Shown piece by piece: positions 1-12,115 of a stretch of DNA of 64,000 bases (its first letter is position 1; each line of letters begins with the position of its first letter). A model generated the notes under the pieces. It saw only the letters and a program-made list of their open reading frames with translations. It had not been told where the DNA came from and did no database searches. The position numbers and the translations under genes were made by a program. Source of the DNA: Tubiluchus corallicola (taxonomy: Eukaryota; Animalia; Priapulida); assembly GCA_030141605.1 (NCBI GenBank), contig JAQGDQ010000046.1:1-64000 (forward strand). Reading direction: 5' to 3'.

Positions 1-215
1 CCTCAATTTGCGCTTCTGCAAAGACGTGCAACACGTTCATGGAATGTTTTTGCTGTTAAAAATTGATGTCATAACTAGCTCAGATGGCCCGCCGTTAATT
101 AACTTTTTAACCTAGGGATGCTTTGGCATTGTACACTTTGCCGTACTTCAAAATGGGGTAGGATATGAAAAATAGTCCTGTTTTGTTTTAAAAACTTGAG
201 AACAGATGTTTCCCA
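1..215. repeat. Dispersed repeat, inverted copy of ~6040-6305
   Basis: Reverse complement aligns by eye with 6040-6305 (TTAATTAACGxCGGGC, CCCCATTTTxAAGTACGG, AACAGCAAxAACATTxCATGA). Confidence 0.8.
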
Positions 216-579
216 GAGAAAATTGTGACTGCACCAATTATGTCTCAGTATCTGACATGAAAATCCTGGTGCAGCGTTGTACACGAACCTGAGATCTGTA
301 CGATTTCTAGTACTGTAATAAGCAAAATAAGCCTGGCAGTATAAGAGAAATGCTTAAAGAGAAATGAGAAATCACCTGGAAACCGCCTGAGAGTTAAGAT
401 CAGAAATGAGCTGCACGGTATTTGCATGCGGTCATAACCTTAAGATAATAAACAAGTCGATATTGCTATGTGCAAATTTCATGCTATGTTGTGTCCTTAT
501 TAATATACCTTGATTAAGGACATGCTACTATAGCATAGATTGTTTTATAGTTTAATGTGGTCCCATTAATGCGGTCTCT

Positions 580-712
580 GTTTTATTTCGTTGGTTGGGT
601 GGTTTTTTTTTGTGTTTTGTTGTTTGTGTGTTTTGGTGTTTTGTTGTTTGTGGGTTTGTTTGTTGTGGTTTTTTGTTTTTTGGTGGTGTTGTTGGTTGGG
701 TGTGGTTTGTAA
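580..712 (+). repeat. G/T-only low-complexity tract
   Basis: ~120 nt composed almost solely of G and T. Confidence 0.85.
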
Positions 713-3700
713 ACTGCTAACCAATTAGCAATAAAGCAAAAAAACGAATGTATAAGCATTAAACAGAATCCAGTGTATAAGCTAATTCAGAATTATTTGT
801 TTCAAAGCAAGTTAAGCGGTGTTATATCAGGAGAATAACTGGATAGTCTACTAAAAATGTCTTTCGTGCTTTAATTAAGCATCAGTAATAAAGCTCAGTG
901 AATTAAGTTACATAGTTACAGTATAGTTTATGCGAAACGTTATCAACTCTTTTATGTAGACTTATGGTTATACAGCTTCCACTTATAAAAATAGACGAGT
1001 AAGTACCCGTTGCCCGCGAATAAATTGTTGTTTAAATCGTTTTTCATCGCGTTTGCACGGTTTCACGAAAATTGTACCTAGAAAATTTAAATTTGCTGCT
1101 ATTACGTGTATCAAGCGAAAGCATGACAGCATGTAAATCATTTATTTAAAAGTGGTTGATAAACGGATCATAGCCTCATAGGTATTTAATTTCCCTAAAA
1201 ATGTATATTAGGAGAATTTTGGCCCAAGTAATGGATGACCTCTAGAGTCACAGATCGATACCTAAGCTTTCGTATACAGTTCGCCAATTCGGTACTTCAT
1301 AATGGAAATTTTTCGCCATTTTCTTCACCTATACCCCTTATTTTATAAAGAACGGGACCGTGGAGCCGATGCTGATAATGGTTGGATAGCTCGTTCATTG
1401 GTGGGTTTAGTAGTCCTATTTAGATTCTGAGGCAGTCCCACTCCAGCCCCTTGGATTTTCAGTTCTCTGAAAAGAGAAGGAACTGGGCTACACTACAGTG
1501 TGGGTCACTTTCTTAAGCACTTCCATTATAGCCCAAAAGAACGCTATAAATACAAGTTCTCTTCTTACGATTTTCTCACTGGGGCAAGAATAGAGCGAAA
1601 CTCATTCTTAGTGACGTTATGCATTATATTCTGTTACAGACTGGATGTTAAAGTATATCCCAAAAAAATTTCCATACTAATTTTTATTACTTAGCCTTAC
1701 GCATACCTGTTTGAAAGACTTACGTAAGTGTAAGTGAAAATGATAATTGATAATAACGTAAAATGTTCGCGCACTCATCCCAAGAGTTTAAATTACAGTT
1801 TTTTAGTACTAATTTTATACGGCTAACTCAATCCTGTATGTACCAAAACAGCACGTAGGTTTGAGTGATATAAAATTTCAAGACGAATTTTTAAGCTCTA
1901 TTTATGAAGAGTGTTTTCTCGCAGTTTAATTAAGTTTATATCTTGTAAGAGTTGATCATTACGAGAGCAGTAAGTAAACTATGCAGAATGTTCGCGCATT
2001 ATTGATCATTGGTCGATGGGTGTGGGTGTGGTGTGGGCGGCTTGGTGTGGATTGATATTGTGGAACAGTATGCAAAAGTTTTTGCGGATTTTGACTAGTT
2101 CGCTTACTATAGCATAAACCACATGAACGTAAAGCATGAATAAACAGTCATTTAAAAGTGAGCTATTATTTTTACCTACCAGTGTGACACAACTGCTGCA
2201 CAGCGGCTTTCGTGCACAAACGAAGAAATCACTGAGCCCTTGATTTTCGGAAGAGATTGTTTTCTACTTTTGCAGTATCTCTGAGCCTAAAATCTCTCCT
2301 GTTTTTAATCTTTTAATCAATTGCCGTAATGGACGCACGGAACATAAAGCAGAAACAATAATTACACTCTGCTTGCATGGCACCTTCAGTGAAGAACTGC
2401 TTCTGCATGATTCGCAATCTGGTTCCTCCCACGAAATAATACCAACTACTACTTAAACTTAATTTGTGCCCTGTTAATCACTTGTGTGATTGTTTTAATA
2501 TTTTTGCACTTTTACACGTCTGAATATTATTGCAGTGTTTACATTGTTTCGTATCATCAACGTCAGACAAGTTCTTATGCATTTGACAACTTTTTAACAT
2601 GTAACATTAGAGTGGGCATATAACATATAAAATTTAAAAGCAGTGGTAGTAGTAGTAATAGAAATGTTCCTATATGTTGTAACCGTTTGCTTAAAAAAGA
2701 CTGGTAAATCCTTGTTGAAGGAACTATGAAAACACTACAATTCATCACGCCAATGTATCCTAACCTGTCCTTCTAATAATACAATGTTAACAAACCGGTA
2801 CTGGTCAGCTGATTTTTTTCCGGAAATAGTCAACCGGAAATACGTCATTTAAAGCCCAGTGGAAATACAAATGACAAACGTGTTACTTTAAATACAGCTA
2901 GAGGATCCAAGTTATATAAACACAGGAAAAATTATACAAACCTACGGTCATTGTCATTGCTGCTTCTATTTCTCGCTTTGTACACGTGACTATAGAAATC
3001 CTGGCCCAATTTTTCGATAAGGTGGAAAGGCTGGAGAGGGTCAGAAATTACCAAAAATGATTAGGCGGGCTATATATTTTTTGTACCCTGCGCACCGAAA
3101 TGTATTTAGTTTTTTAATTATTCTACTCTAATCTTAAGTATTTTCCTCTGAAAAAAATAAACATATTCGTCTATGTTATTAACCATGAAACGACACGCAA
3201 TAACAAAAATAATTCTCGATTTTTCGATAATAAGACAAGTTAACGTCAAATTATATTTTAGTTTCAGTCCAAATGGATAAGAAATCAAATAACCAAAATT
3301 GACTGCTAAAGAACTGGAAATAATTGTTACGAAGATTGAAAAAGAGAAAGTCGTATAATTACTTAGTAAACTTTGTACTACATGTTGTAAAGCTAAAAAC
3401 AGTACTATAATATCACAGGTTAATTAGTATGATAATTTGCAGAATATGTCGTTTTTTCATATTTTGATGCTATTTCCAATCTGAGTGTTTTTCAGCATTG
3501 TATGGCTAATGTTGTTCATTTGTACACCCGACTTTAAATAAAGATTATATATATATATGTGTATGTGTATTGTCAATTTAACAACTCACATCAGAAGAAT
3601 GCCTCCTATTACCACTCGTTCTAATATTGCTAACTTGAAACTGGGTTAAGTAATTTAAACCTAGTTTCAAATTGCCCGGAGATGTTTTAAACATAGGTTG

Positions 3701-4937
3701 ATTTTACTGGAAAGGGAAGTTACATTGAAACTGGAGCTAATTTAAAAATGCTACACAAAATCTTTTAGTGTATTACTTTTTTTCGTAAGCACTGTACACA
3801 TTCATAGCTTTTCATAGAATCAACAAATAGTCTTACTGGGCTCCATCAATGATCGTGCGTCGTTGCTTCGTTAACTGACACTGCCGACACACCACTTTTT
3901 TACTGCACTCCCATTTATGTTCCTATACTCTCGCTTTTCGTTTAAGCTAATAAAAATTCGTCTTTTGGACTCTCTAATCAAGCGCAGTCTAACCCTCATC
4001 ACATCTATTTCACAAGCAGCCATTTTTTCCAAAATTTAGAAACTTGAATAACCTACATTTTCACCATCACGGAAAGCGTGCTGACATAAAAAAACTTAAA
4101 TTGACCCTTATATTAAAAATCATATTTTTCTCACCGTAATAAAGGCGATGTAGGCGAGGTGATCAAAAAAGTAACATCCACAAACTTAAGTTAAGGGTCT
4201 TCGTATGATGAAAAGAAAGCGGATTTTTTTCTTTTTTTCGTTCATAAATCTAAAGACAAACTAAGTTTACAATACTATAATTATAATGTTAAGATGGGCG
4301 CAGCCTAAATAAAATAAATCAAATTTCGCATATTTATGCCATTATTAATAATAATTGCTTCCTCAACAATTCTTGCTATACCTGCTGACGTTTAACTGTT
4401 AAGACCTCTTCAATAATATGACTGCATTAGCAGCAAGTGTTTGTCAACTATATTATCATTCGAACCGGTTGAATGATATACGGTAATTGCATAAAATTAA
4501 TGACGATCCGCAAGAACGTGATTCAGTAATGGATTACAACAGCTGTAACATAGGCTTGTAGTTTTTAATTTTATTTTATCTTTTTACTTAAAAAGGCAGA
4601 ATTTCGGGATTAACTTGAAGTAGCAAAAATCAGCAAAACATAGTAGGTATTCAATGTTTGACGGTCAATAGTTTACCAATAGGCCAATTCATTTAATTCA
4701 ATTTTGGTTGTTTTGTTTGTCTTTTTCTTTTGGGTTTTATTGCATTGAGGGCAAATGTATGTGTTCACAATTATAATAAAAGTTACTGTAGCGCCCATTG
4801 TTTATTCTGTTCAATTTTGCTATTTAGTTTTCTTGCTTTACGCTTATTTTGCGTTATTACAAATAGACTAAAATTTATTTGCTGCTACAATTATTAGTTT
4901 CGTTATCGAAAACAATCACTGTCTTTCCTGTGTCTCT

Positions 4938-4938
<1 letters not shown>

Positions 4939-5009
<71 letters not shown>
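4939..5009 (+). repeat. (CT)n microsatellite
   Basis: ~35 perfect CT units. Confidence 0.97.
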
Positions 5010-5011
<2 letters not shown>

Positions 5012-6039
5012 ACTTGTTATTATTTACTGACACTTCATTAATTTCTGGTTATGGGTGTTCGCGTTTAAGTTTTTCTGCTGTATACAATCATTGTCGTTTT
5101 TCTGCAACCTAGACTGGCTCTTTTTTAGAAAAAGAGTATGAGAAATTAATTGAAACAATTATCCATATACATTTGCAAGCTTCAGCCTTTGTGTAAAATA
5201 CCCCATTACACTAGGTCAATGTTGCTTCTCTTAGCAAGTTGCATGTTTTCTGTAACAAAATGTTTTATTGTGCGCTTGTTGGTTTTTTTAAGCATTGGTT
5301 CACCATAGGAATAGCAGCATCTCCCACGTATTTTCGTTAATTTTCTTCGTGCTGACGAATGACGACTCCAATTTCTAGTCAGTTATCTGATAAACAACTT
5401 TCTCGTTGTGTAGATGATTTATTGCATTGTTCTGAAGGCTTCAACTCACAGTTTACCTTGTAAAATTGAAATGTTTGTGAATGTTGAAACGCAATAAGTG
5501 GCATGTGTCTAGTCAAGCATTTGGTATGGTTGGAAACTGATTATATGTGTAAATTAAACTACGTAGTAAGTTTACGCTACTACTAAATTAAACTACTTAG
5601 TAATTTGTCATAGAAGTTGAAACGGTAGTAATAGGTTGATACTACAATTATGCGAATTAACTACAAGCGTGGTCTGGAATGCACTGGGTAAGTTTTAAGC
5701 TATACTGGGGTTGTCAAGGGGTTGTTCTTGTTCAAGTAGTTATCGTTGGTTGCTGGGATCTAGCTTATTATCACGGATAGGTCTCTAAAATAAGAGAGGC
5801 AATTGGTCCGGCAAAGAAGTTCTCGACACACCGAACAAATTTTGAACCAGTGGGTGAACAGGCTCGGTGCACTGTGTCACTGTACTGTATCTGGCACTGT
5901 GTCAGACTGACTCATACTTGACTAAACTGGACTGAATTAGATTGAACTGATTTGAATTGAAAAGGACTTGACAGGACTGCATTGCGCTGGACCAGTTATT
6001 ACTGTTATTATTTAAAGAGCAAATATATACAAGAAAAGT

Positions 6040-6305
6040 GTCCCTCTGTTTGGAGGGATTTGGTTTAAAGGAAGAAACGATGATTTTTTATATAATACCC
6101 CATTTTCAAGTACGGTAAAAAAGTATACATTTTAGCACCATTAATAGTGCAAAAGCGTTTATCATAATTAAATAATCGATTAAAAACTTAATTAACGACG
6201 GGCGAGCCAAACTAGTGATGTTCACTACAAACGAACATGATTTTCAACAGCAAGAACATTTCATGAGCGCGTTGCTCGTGTTTGCAAGAACGAAAATTGA
6301 AGTAC
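6040..6305. repeat. Dispersed repeat, inverted copy of 1-215
   Basis: Same shared blocks as 1-215 in opposite orientation. Confidence 0.8.
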
Positions 6306-7289
6306 AGCACTACCGTAACAGATTCAGAGTGTTGTACTAAAACTTTTAGTTTTAGTTATACTAAAACTAAAAGTTTTAAGATCAAAATTCAAATTTTAAA
6401 TTTACATCTGTGCTCACGCATGAGTTGTCGAACGTGTGTAGTACGTCACAAACGAACACCTCTGAACTGAGAGGTGTAGCATCTGTTTTTTGTGCAACGC
6501 GTTTCCGAAATGCAGGCGCTAGTGCCAGTCTAACTAGCGAATGGCGAAATTACTGCTACCTTAACGTATTACTACGTATTAACACTTCAGACAGTGTTAC
6601 ATAAATAACATTTTCACTGATAGATGTTACACAGAAGCACGCGGCCATAATATAAAATTAACAAAGCCGACTGACATACAACATTACTACACACAACAAT
6701 TATAATTTTGATTATACAGTCAGTTTTTATAGGCCTATTGTATTAAATGGAAATCTCAGCACATAGCTGCCGAATTACTGCGAGAATAGGTCGACAGTAA
6801 TGACAGATGAAACACAGACAATCGATCCATAATTTAAATTTAACAAGACTTACATAGAACATTGACACAGAAATCTATTTCAGTTTCTTTTGTAAAAGAC
6901 GGATATTTTAATCACATTTAGTACTGGTTCAAACAAAACTCCACTAAAATAGATTAGCGGCTTCTGACCTTATTTCTGTTTAATATCTTTTGTACAGTAC
7001 ATTGAAACCACCTATTGAATCCTATTCTAAGAAATATTTGGCAAATAGAGATGATCGCTGGTTCATCGTTCCATTCACTAATTAGCATCCAGTAGCTTGT
7101 GTGATTCTTAAATCGCCAAGGCATTCTAAAAGAAAAGCGCAGCTAGGCGCTATAGTTTTATCACATGTATGCAAACTTTTTCAGAGACTTGATCGCTCGG
7201 TTCGCACCTATGAACGTAAACCTGCAATAAATCCCTCAATAACATTTATAACCTTGAGTAATAAATCCACATTTCTCGTATTTGGAGGA

Positions 7290-8518
7290 GCTAGGCGACG
7301 GATAGGTCAAATGTAACAAGGTAGGTAAAATGTTGAGCACAAATGTTAAATAACTTGTTCAGTAGGCCTTAATTAATACATTTTGAAAAAGTTAATTCTT
7401 AAGTAGCATTACGACCCACAGATCTCAAAAGTGACCCAAAAGTCACTTGTCCCCAAACCTTTGAGTACAACAACAATGATGTGATTTTTTTATATGATGC
7501 ACCGTATAGTGACACCAAAAGCATTAAATTCCTAACTTAAGAAAGGAAATTTCCTGGTGTTGTTGCTCAGAAAAGGCCAAGAATGAGGTCGTCAAAAGTT
7601 TAACACTTTTTGAGAAGTTTTGCCTTAAATAACTTCTCAAGCCTTCACAAAGCTGAAATGTATTTTATCATGGCGTTTGCATTTTTAATCCATTTGATCA
7701 CTGTAAAAAATTGAATTACTGAATGAATTTTTTAAGATGTTGTGAAATAACCAAGCACAAATGTAAATTTGTAAAATTTTAGCTCTAAAAATTTAAATTA
7801 AAAAATTCTCTAAAAAATCTTCAGTAAGTAAGCTTATAGAATCCAAATAAATATCGTAATTGAAATCGTAATTAAATAAAAGTCAGCATCTTGTCAGTGC
7901 TTTATCGCTTCATTCACGATCAGCGAACATGTATGAATCTTGGACATTTTGGCTGGTGGGCATTGGACAATTAGATAATGGCCACTTGGACAGTGGCACT
8001 TGGGCAGTGGATGCTAGGCTTAAAATCGCTAAAATTTAGTTTAGTTTTATTGACTAATTATTACTTACACAAGGTGAGACTTAACAAAAAAGAAAAAAGC
8101 TAATCCAACATAAAATTTACACAATTTGATCAACTGGAAGCTAAAATAACTTGAAGCAAGCAGACAAAAAATTAATGACTAGCTTACATGTTATCACAAT
8201 GACATGACACGTTTTCGTCATTTTATAAGGCACTACATAATTAGCACTCAGTGGGCAGTCACACATGTGCACGTCTTTGATTTCTGTCTCCATTAAGTCT
8301 TTGAGCGGATAACCTGAAATAAGTCGAACGAATCTTAAGGCTTCTGAATACAATGATGAAACTTAATTTTGAGCAGAGGTTCACTGTTTTGTACGCAAAC
8401 AGTGTTGGCAGTAGAGATTTAGGTAGCAGGAATTTGGTCAGTGGCACTTGGACAGTGGACATTTGGGCAGTAGATCAAGATCTTTTAATTGTCGACTTTC
8501 GTTAGCAGCGCACACACA

Positions 8519-8601
<83 letters not shown>

Positions 8602-8972
8602 TCCCAATCAAAACAAAGTTTCGTATCTGAAAGTGTCTGAAACCTAGAGGCGTTGTTTAAGGTACAAAATTTCCTTGTGCTCAAATTTTGGCCAAAGCCT
8701 AATTGGCCTCACTTTAGACCTTTCTTAAACAAAAACTCCAATTGAGTTTCTTCCTTAAATGCGAATTTTTGCTTGTGGTATTCGTATATTACACAAAAAA
8801 TCAGGCTTTAGGCTACTTTAGGGTCTGAGGGTCGCAAGCGACAGGAATTCGCAGCTTAAGAATTCACTTTTCAAAATGTTTAATAAGATCTGCAAATTAA
8901 GCTATTCAAATTGTACTCAACATATGCCATCCATGATCCAGCTCTGCTGTTACAAATATATTCACTAGCCTG
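7290..8972. mobile_element. Degenerate foldback-like structure with ~300-bp inverted arms (~7290-7600 and ~8700-8972)
   Basis: ATGTTGAGxACAA..ACATTTTGAAAA.GTxAATTCTTAAG at 7330-7403 is the reverse complement of 8855-8925; similarity continues inward. Boundaries are approximate and no TSD was found. Confidence 0.6.
8511..8599 (+). repeat. (CA)n microsatellite
   Basis: ~44 CA units, one interruption. Confidence 0.97.
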
Positions 8973-10728
8973 TTAGTCTGGACCAGAAGCCACTGAAAGA
9001 GTCTTTCTGTTGGGGACTTGAAGACGCGCTTATGAAAAAAAACTTGAAGTTTTCTTGGATTCTTAAATGTAGCGTCAAATCAAGAACGAATACATTAGTC
9101 CTGGTCTTTTAAATGATTCTTAAGATTCTCCAGAACTAATCCGCGGTCTCCCTTGAGACCGCACATTATACAAAAGACCAGCGCGTGCCTAAGTTACTGA
9201 GCACAGTGAGTAAATTAAGTTGTCTGTCTGAATGAAAGCCTAGAAATACATCGTCTTTATGGAGTGAAGTTTTATGGGGCAAGGCTAAATTTGTCTGTAT
9301 TTTATTATTACATTAACGACAATGTTTGGCAAGCGCCTAGTGACTGTTTTGTGTTAATCTGCGACGTACATTACAGCCTGTTCCAGTATTTTATTGAATG
9401 TCACTACTTATGAAAACTATACAGCAGTGTTAATATAGTGAGGTTAAGTGGATGTGTCGTATCTTTGTGGACATCAGTTTGACTACTCGTATAAAATGGA
9501 ATCATGGTATACAGTGAGTATTTTTAGAGCCCGACCCTAAACCTGTACATTTTGTAATCACAATTAATGGTAGGTTTCCTTAAAAGCTTCCCGTTTTTAA
9601 CATGCGCTTGAAAGTAAGCTCTTTCCTTGCCTTTTCTTGAAAAATACTAAAATACAGGAACTGGGTAAGGTTTTTTATAAGTGATAACAATTTAATATTT
9701 TCGGAGTGTGATCGGCATTTTATGGCGTAAAGGTGGAACTGCAGTTCCATCTGGCGAAAATGAGAATAATCACAACGTTGTCCAGCACGAAAATAGCTTG
9801 AGACTCAGATTTAGTAAGAATATTATTTGCTTTATTAAACAGCCGTTAGCGACACGTGCTATGCTGGTGTTTATTTTTGCAGAAATATGAAAGTGTTAGG
9901 TGAGGCATAGAAATTCATTTGCCCCATATTACTTGTCAGTCCCACTTGATCTTGCTCAGTAAGAATGGGATTCATTATTATGGAGTTGCATGCACGTGCG
10001 CTCGTGTGGGGATACATGTGCGTGAGGGTGCATCTGTGTGTGCAACAAGGGGGTTGTGTGAGGGAGTTCGAAATAGTCCTACCGACCGACTCAACCTAAT
10101 ACACTTATACAATATACATATTTTTCCAAAGCCATTCTACAATTCAAGCTTGCCTAAATTTTACCTTAAAACAAGTATCGCTACAATCCAAGCGTTATAC
10201 CTTCAACTTGCTTGTAAAACATAATAGCTACCGAAATTTGCAAATTGAAAATTATGAAAAACTGCAAAAAATAAGCAGCTGGCTAATAAAATATGAAGTT
10301 AATAGACGTATTTACCAACTATCCACTTGTTTGCATTGCGATCACATTTCAATTACGTCTGCTGATTTTCTCACCCTATCATTGGTGACCACACTTAGTA
10401 TCTGCTACTGTTATCGATTGGGTAATTATTATTAATGTTATATTCCAAGCATTGAATCATTTTGCTGCAACCTCAATGGGCTTTCACCTGGGAGCATCAG
10501 AAGAGAGATAAACCCTTGAAAGCATCTGTATAATCACCGACTCTAATGTCTCTTTGAATAATAAGTACTTGTTCTTTCCTTTAAAATATTAAATTATAGG
10601 TGAAAGCACGTTGTTGAAACTAAGCAAGATCGAAAAACTACGATAAATCTAACTACAATTTACCACAATAATTCAGAGTGCATTACACCCATACACAGCT
10701 CCCATCCAAAAACGCACGAAAATAACAC

Positions 10729-12115
10729 TGTTACGGGGACGAAATGCCATTTATTTTCGACCCCCGCCCCATACATTGTGATGGTTCGATCCATTACATA
10801 TTCGAAGCCATTACATATCAGCGTTGCATAGCAGCTATAAGTAGCTAGTATGGAATGGCCTCATCGGTTCAGTGGCCTGATGGCCAGATAACGTCTTCTA
10901 TCTCAGCACCTGCTCCGTAATGACAACCGGCATGAAGCACAATGGGGTAGACATCTGGCGTGTTAATTAATTCAATAATTTTATTCTTACTACTGCTTTC
11001 TTACGTTTTCTTCTCAACTATGCGCCAACCGGCGTATCAGCACCATCAGCTCTTCATTATATTCGTGGCCTGTAAGTGGGGCAATAGTCCTAAGCTACTC
11101 GCAGTGGATTCGAACTTGCAACCTTATATCTGCTTCAGAACAGCACCGAACCACCGCAATGACATGGAACCGCCGGAACCACTATGCAGTACGACGGATT
11201 TCTTGCATCGTCGCCGATAGCTACAGCTATGATTTGTGTGGGGTCACAACATAGATTAGCTGGTTCTTCAAAAACCGGAGCTTTCAAAGTCCTCATTAGC
11301 AGGTTACGTGCCTCTTTTACAGCGGCCTCGTGAATTATCTACGAGCATAGTGTTCTTGTATGCTGTAAATATGTCGATTTTAAGTGTATGTTACAAAGTA
11401 TAGTCTGTACTTGCTGTAGCAGCACCTGGACTGTTTTTAAGTTAATGATTGAATGGACCAGTTCCGCAGTCACCAATCGCCTCGTCAACTCGCTTGGTTG
11501 ACGATGATGTCGGCAATATGGACGCTATAGCCAGTCTAACAATTCGTTGGGTTCGTACATTTGGGAGCAGTTACGTGAAGGGACGCAAAGAGCTTCCCGA
11601 TCTGCTATCATTTCAAAGAGGAACAACGGCACTACGTTGGCTGGTGCCGTCCTTAGGAGCCTGCAGACCTACTCCGGCTCTCTTTTTTGACGAACACCCT
11701 CCTTACAAGCGAGAAACGGACATCAACTTTGACGGCAAATTGAACCCCAGAAGTGTCCAGATCGCTCATGAATCCAGCCCGGACAGAGCCAGCTCTCCGA
11801 ACCTTAACTGCAGTCATTTCTTAATTCTTTTTGCAGAAAATCTTAAATTAAAATTTCGTAAGCTATATGCTCTTTAAATGGCAAAATTTTTTAAGCATTG
11901 TACAACAGAAGGACGAACCATTTTCTGCAGAGGAGTGCAGTGTTACGGGAGCGAAATTTTTTAGACGACTTAGCACATGCTCCGTAGAGACAACCGACAT
12001 GGAGCACGATGCGGTAGACATCTGGCGTGTTACTTAATTCAGTAATTTTACACTGTCTTTTGCGTTTTCTTCTCTGCGACAACCGGCGTATCAGCTCTAT
12101 CCGCTCTTCGTTACA
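10729..12115 (+). mobile_element. Short, internally deleted LTR retroelement (Gypsy-like)
   Basis: Two diverged direct repeats both starting TGTTACGGG..CGAAAT (10729, 11941) and sharing ~150 bp (10906-11060 vs 11973-12115). The right copy ends GTTACA. PBS-like TCGTGGCCTGTA follows the left LTR, purine-rich AGAGGAGTGCAG precedes the right LTR, flanks are ACAC/ATAC. Confidence 0.72.

Noticed and set aside
1357-1480. tRNA/SINE-like head with A- and B-box echoes
   Set aside because: Boxes are too degenerate and there is no cloverleaf; at best an old SINE relic.
2818-2848. Tandem ETS-like CCGGAAAT motifs with adjacent ACGTCA
   Set aside because: No associated gene start visible; probably part of a repeat.
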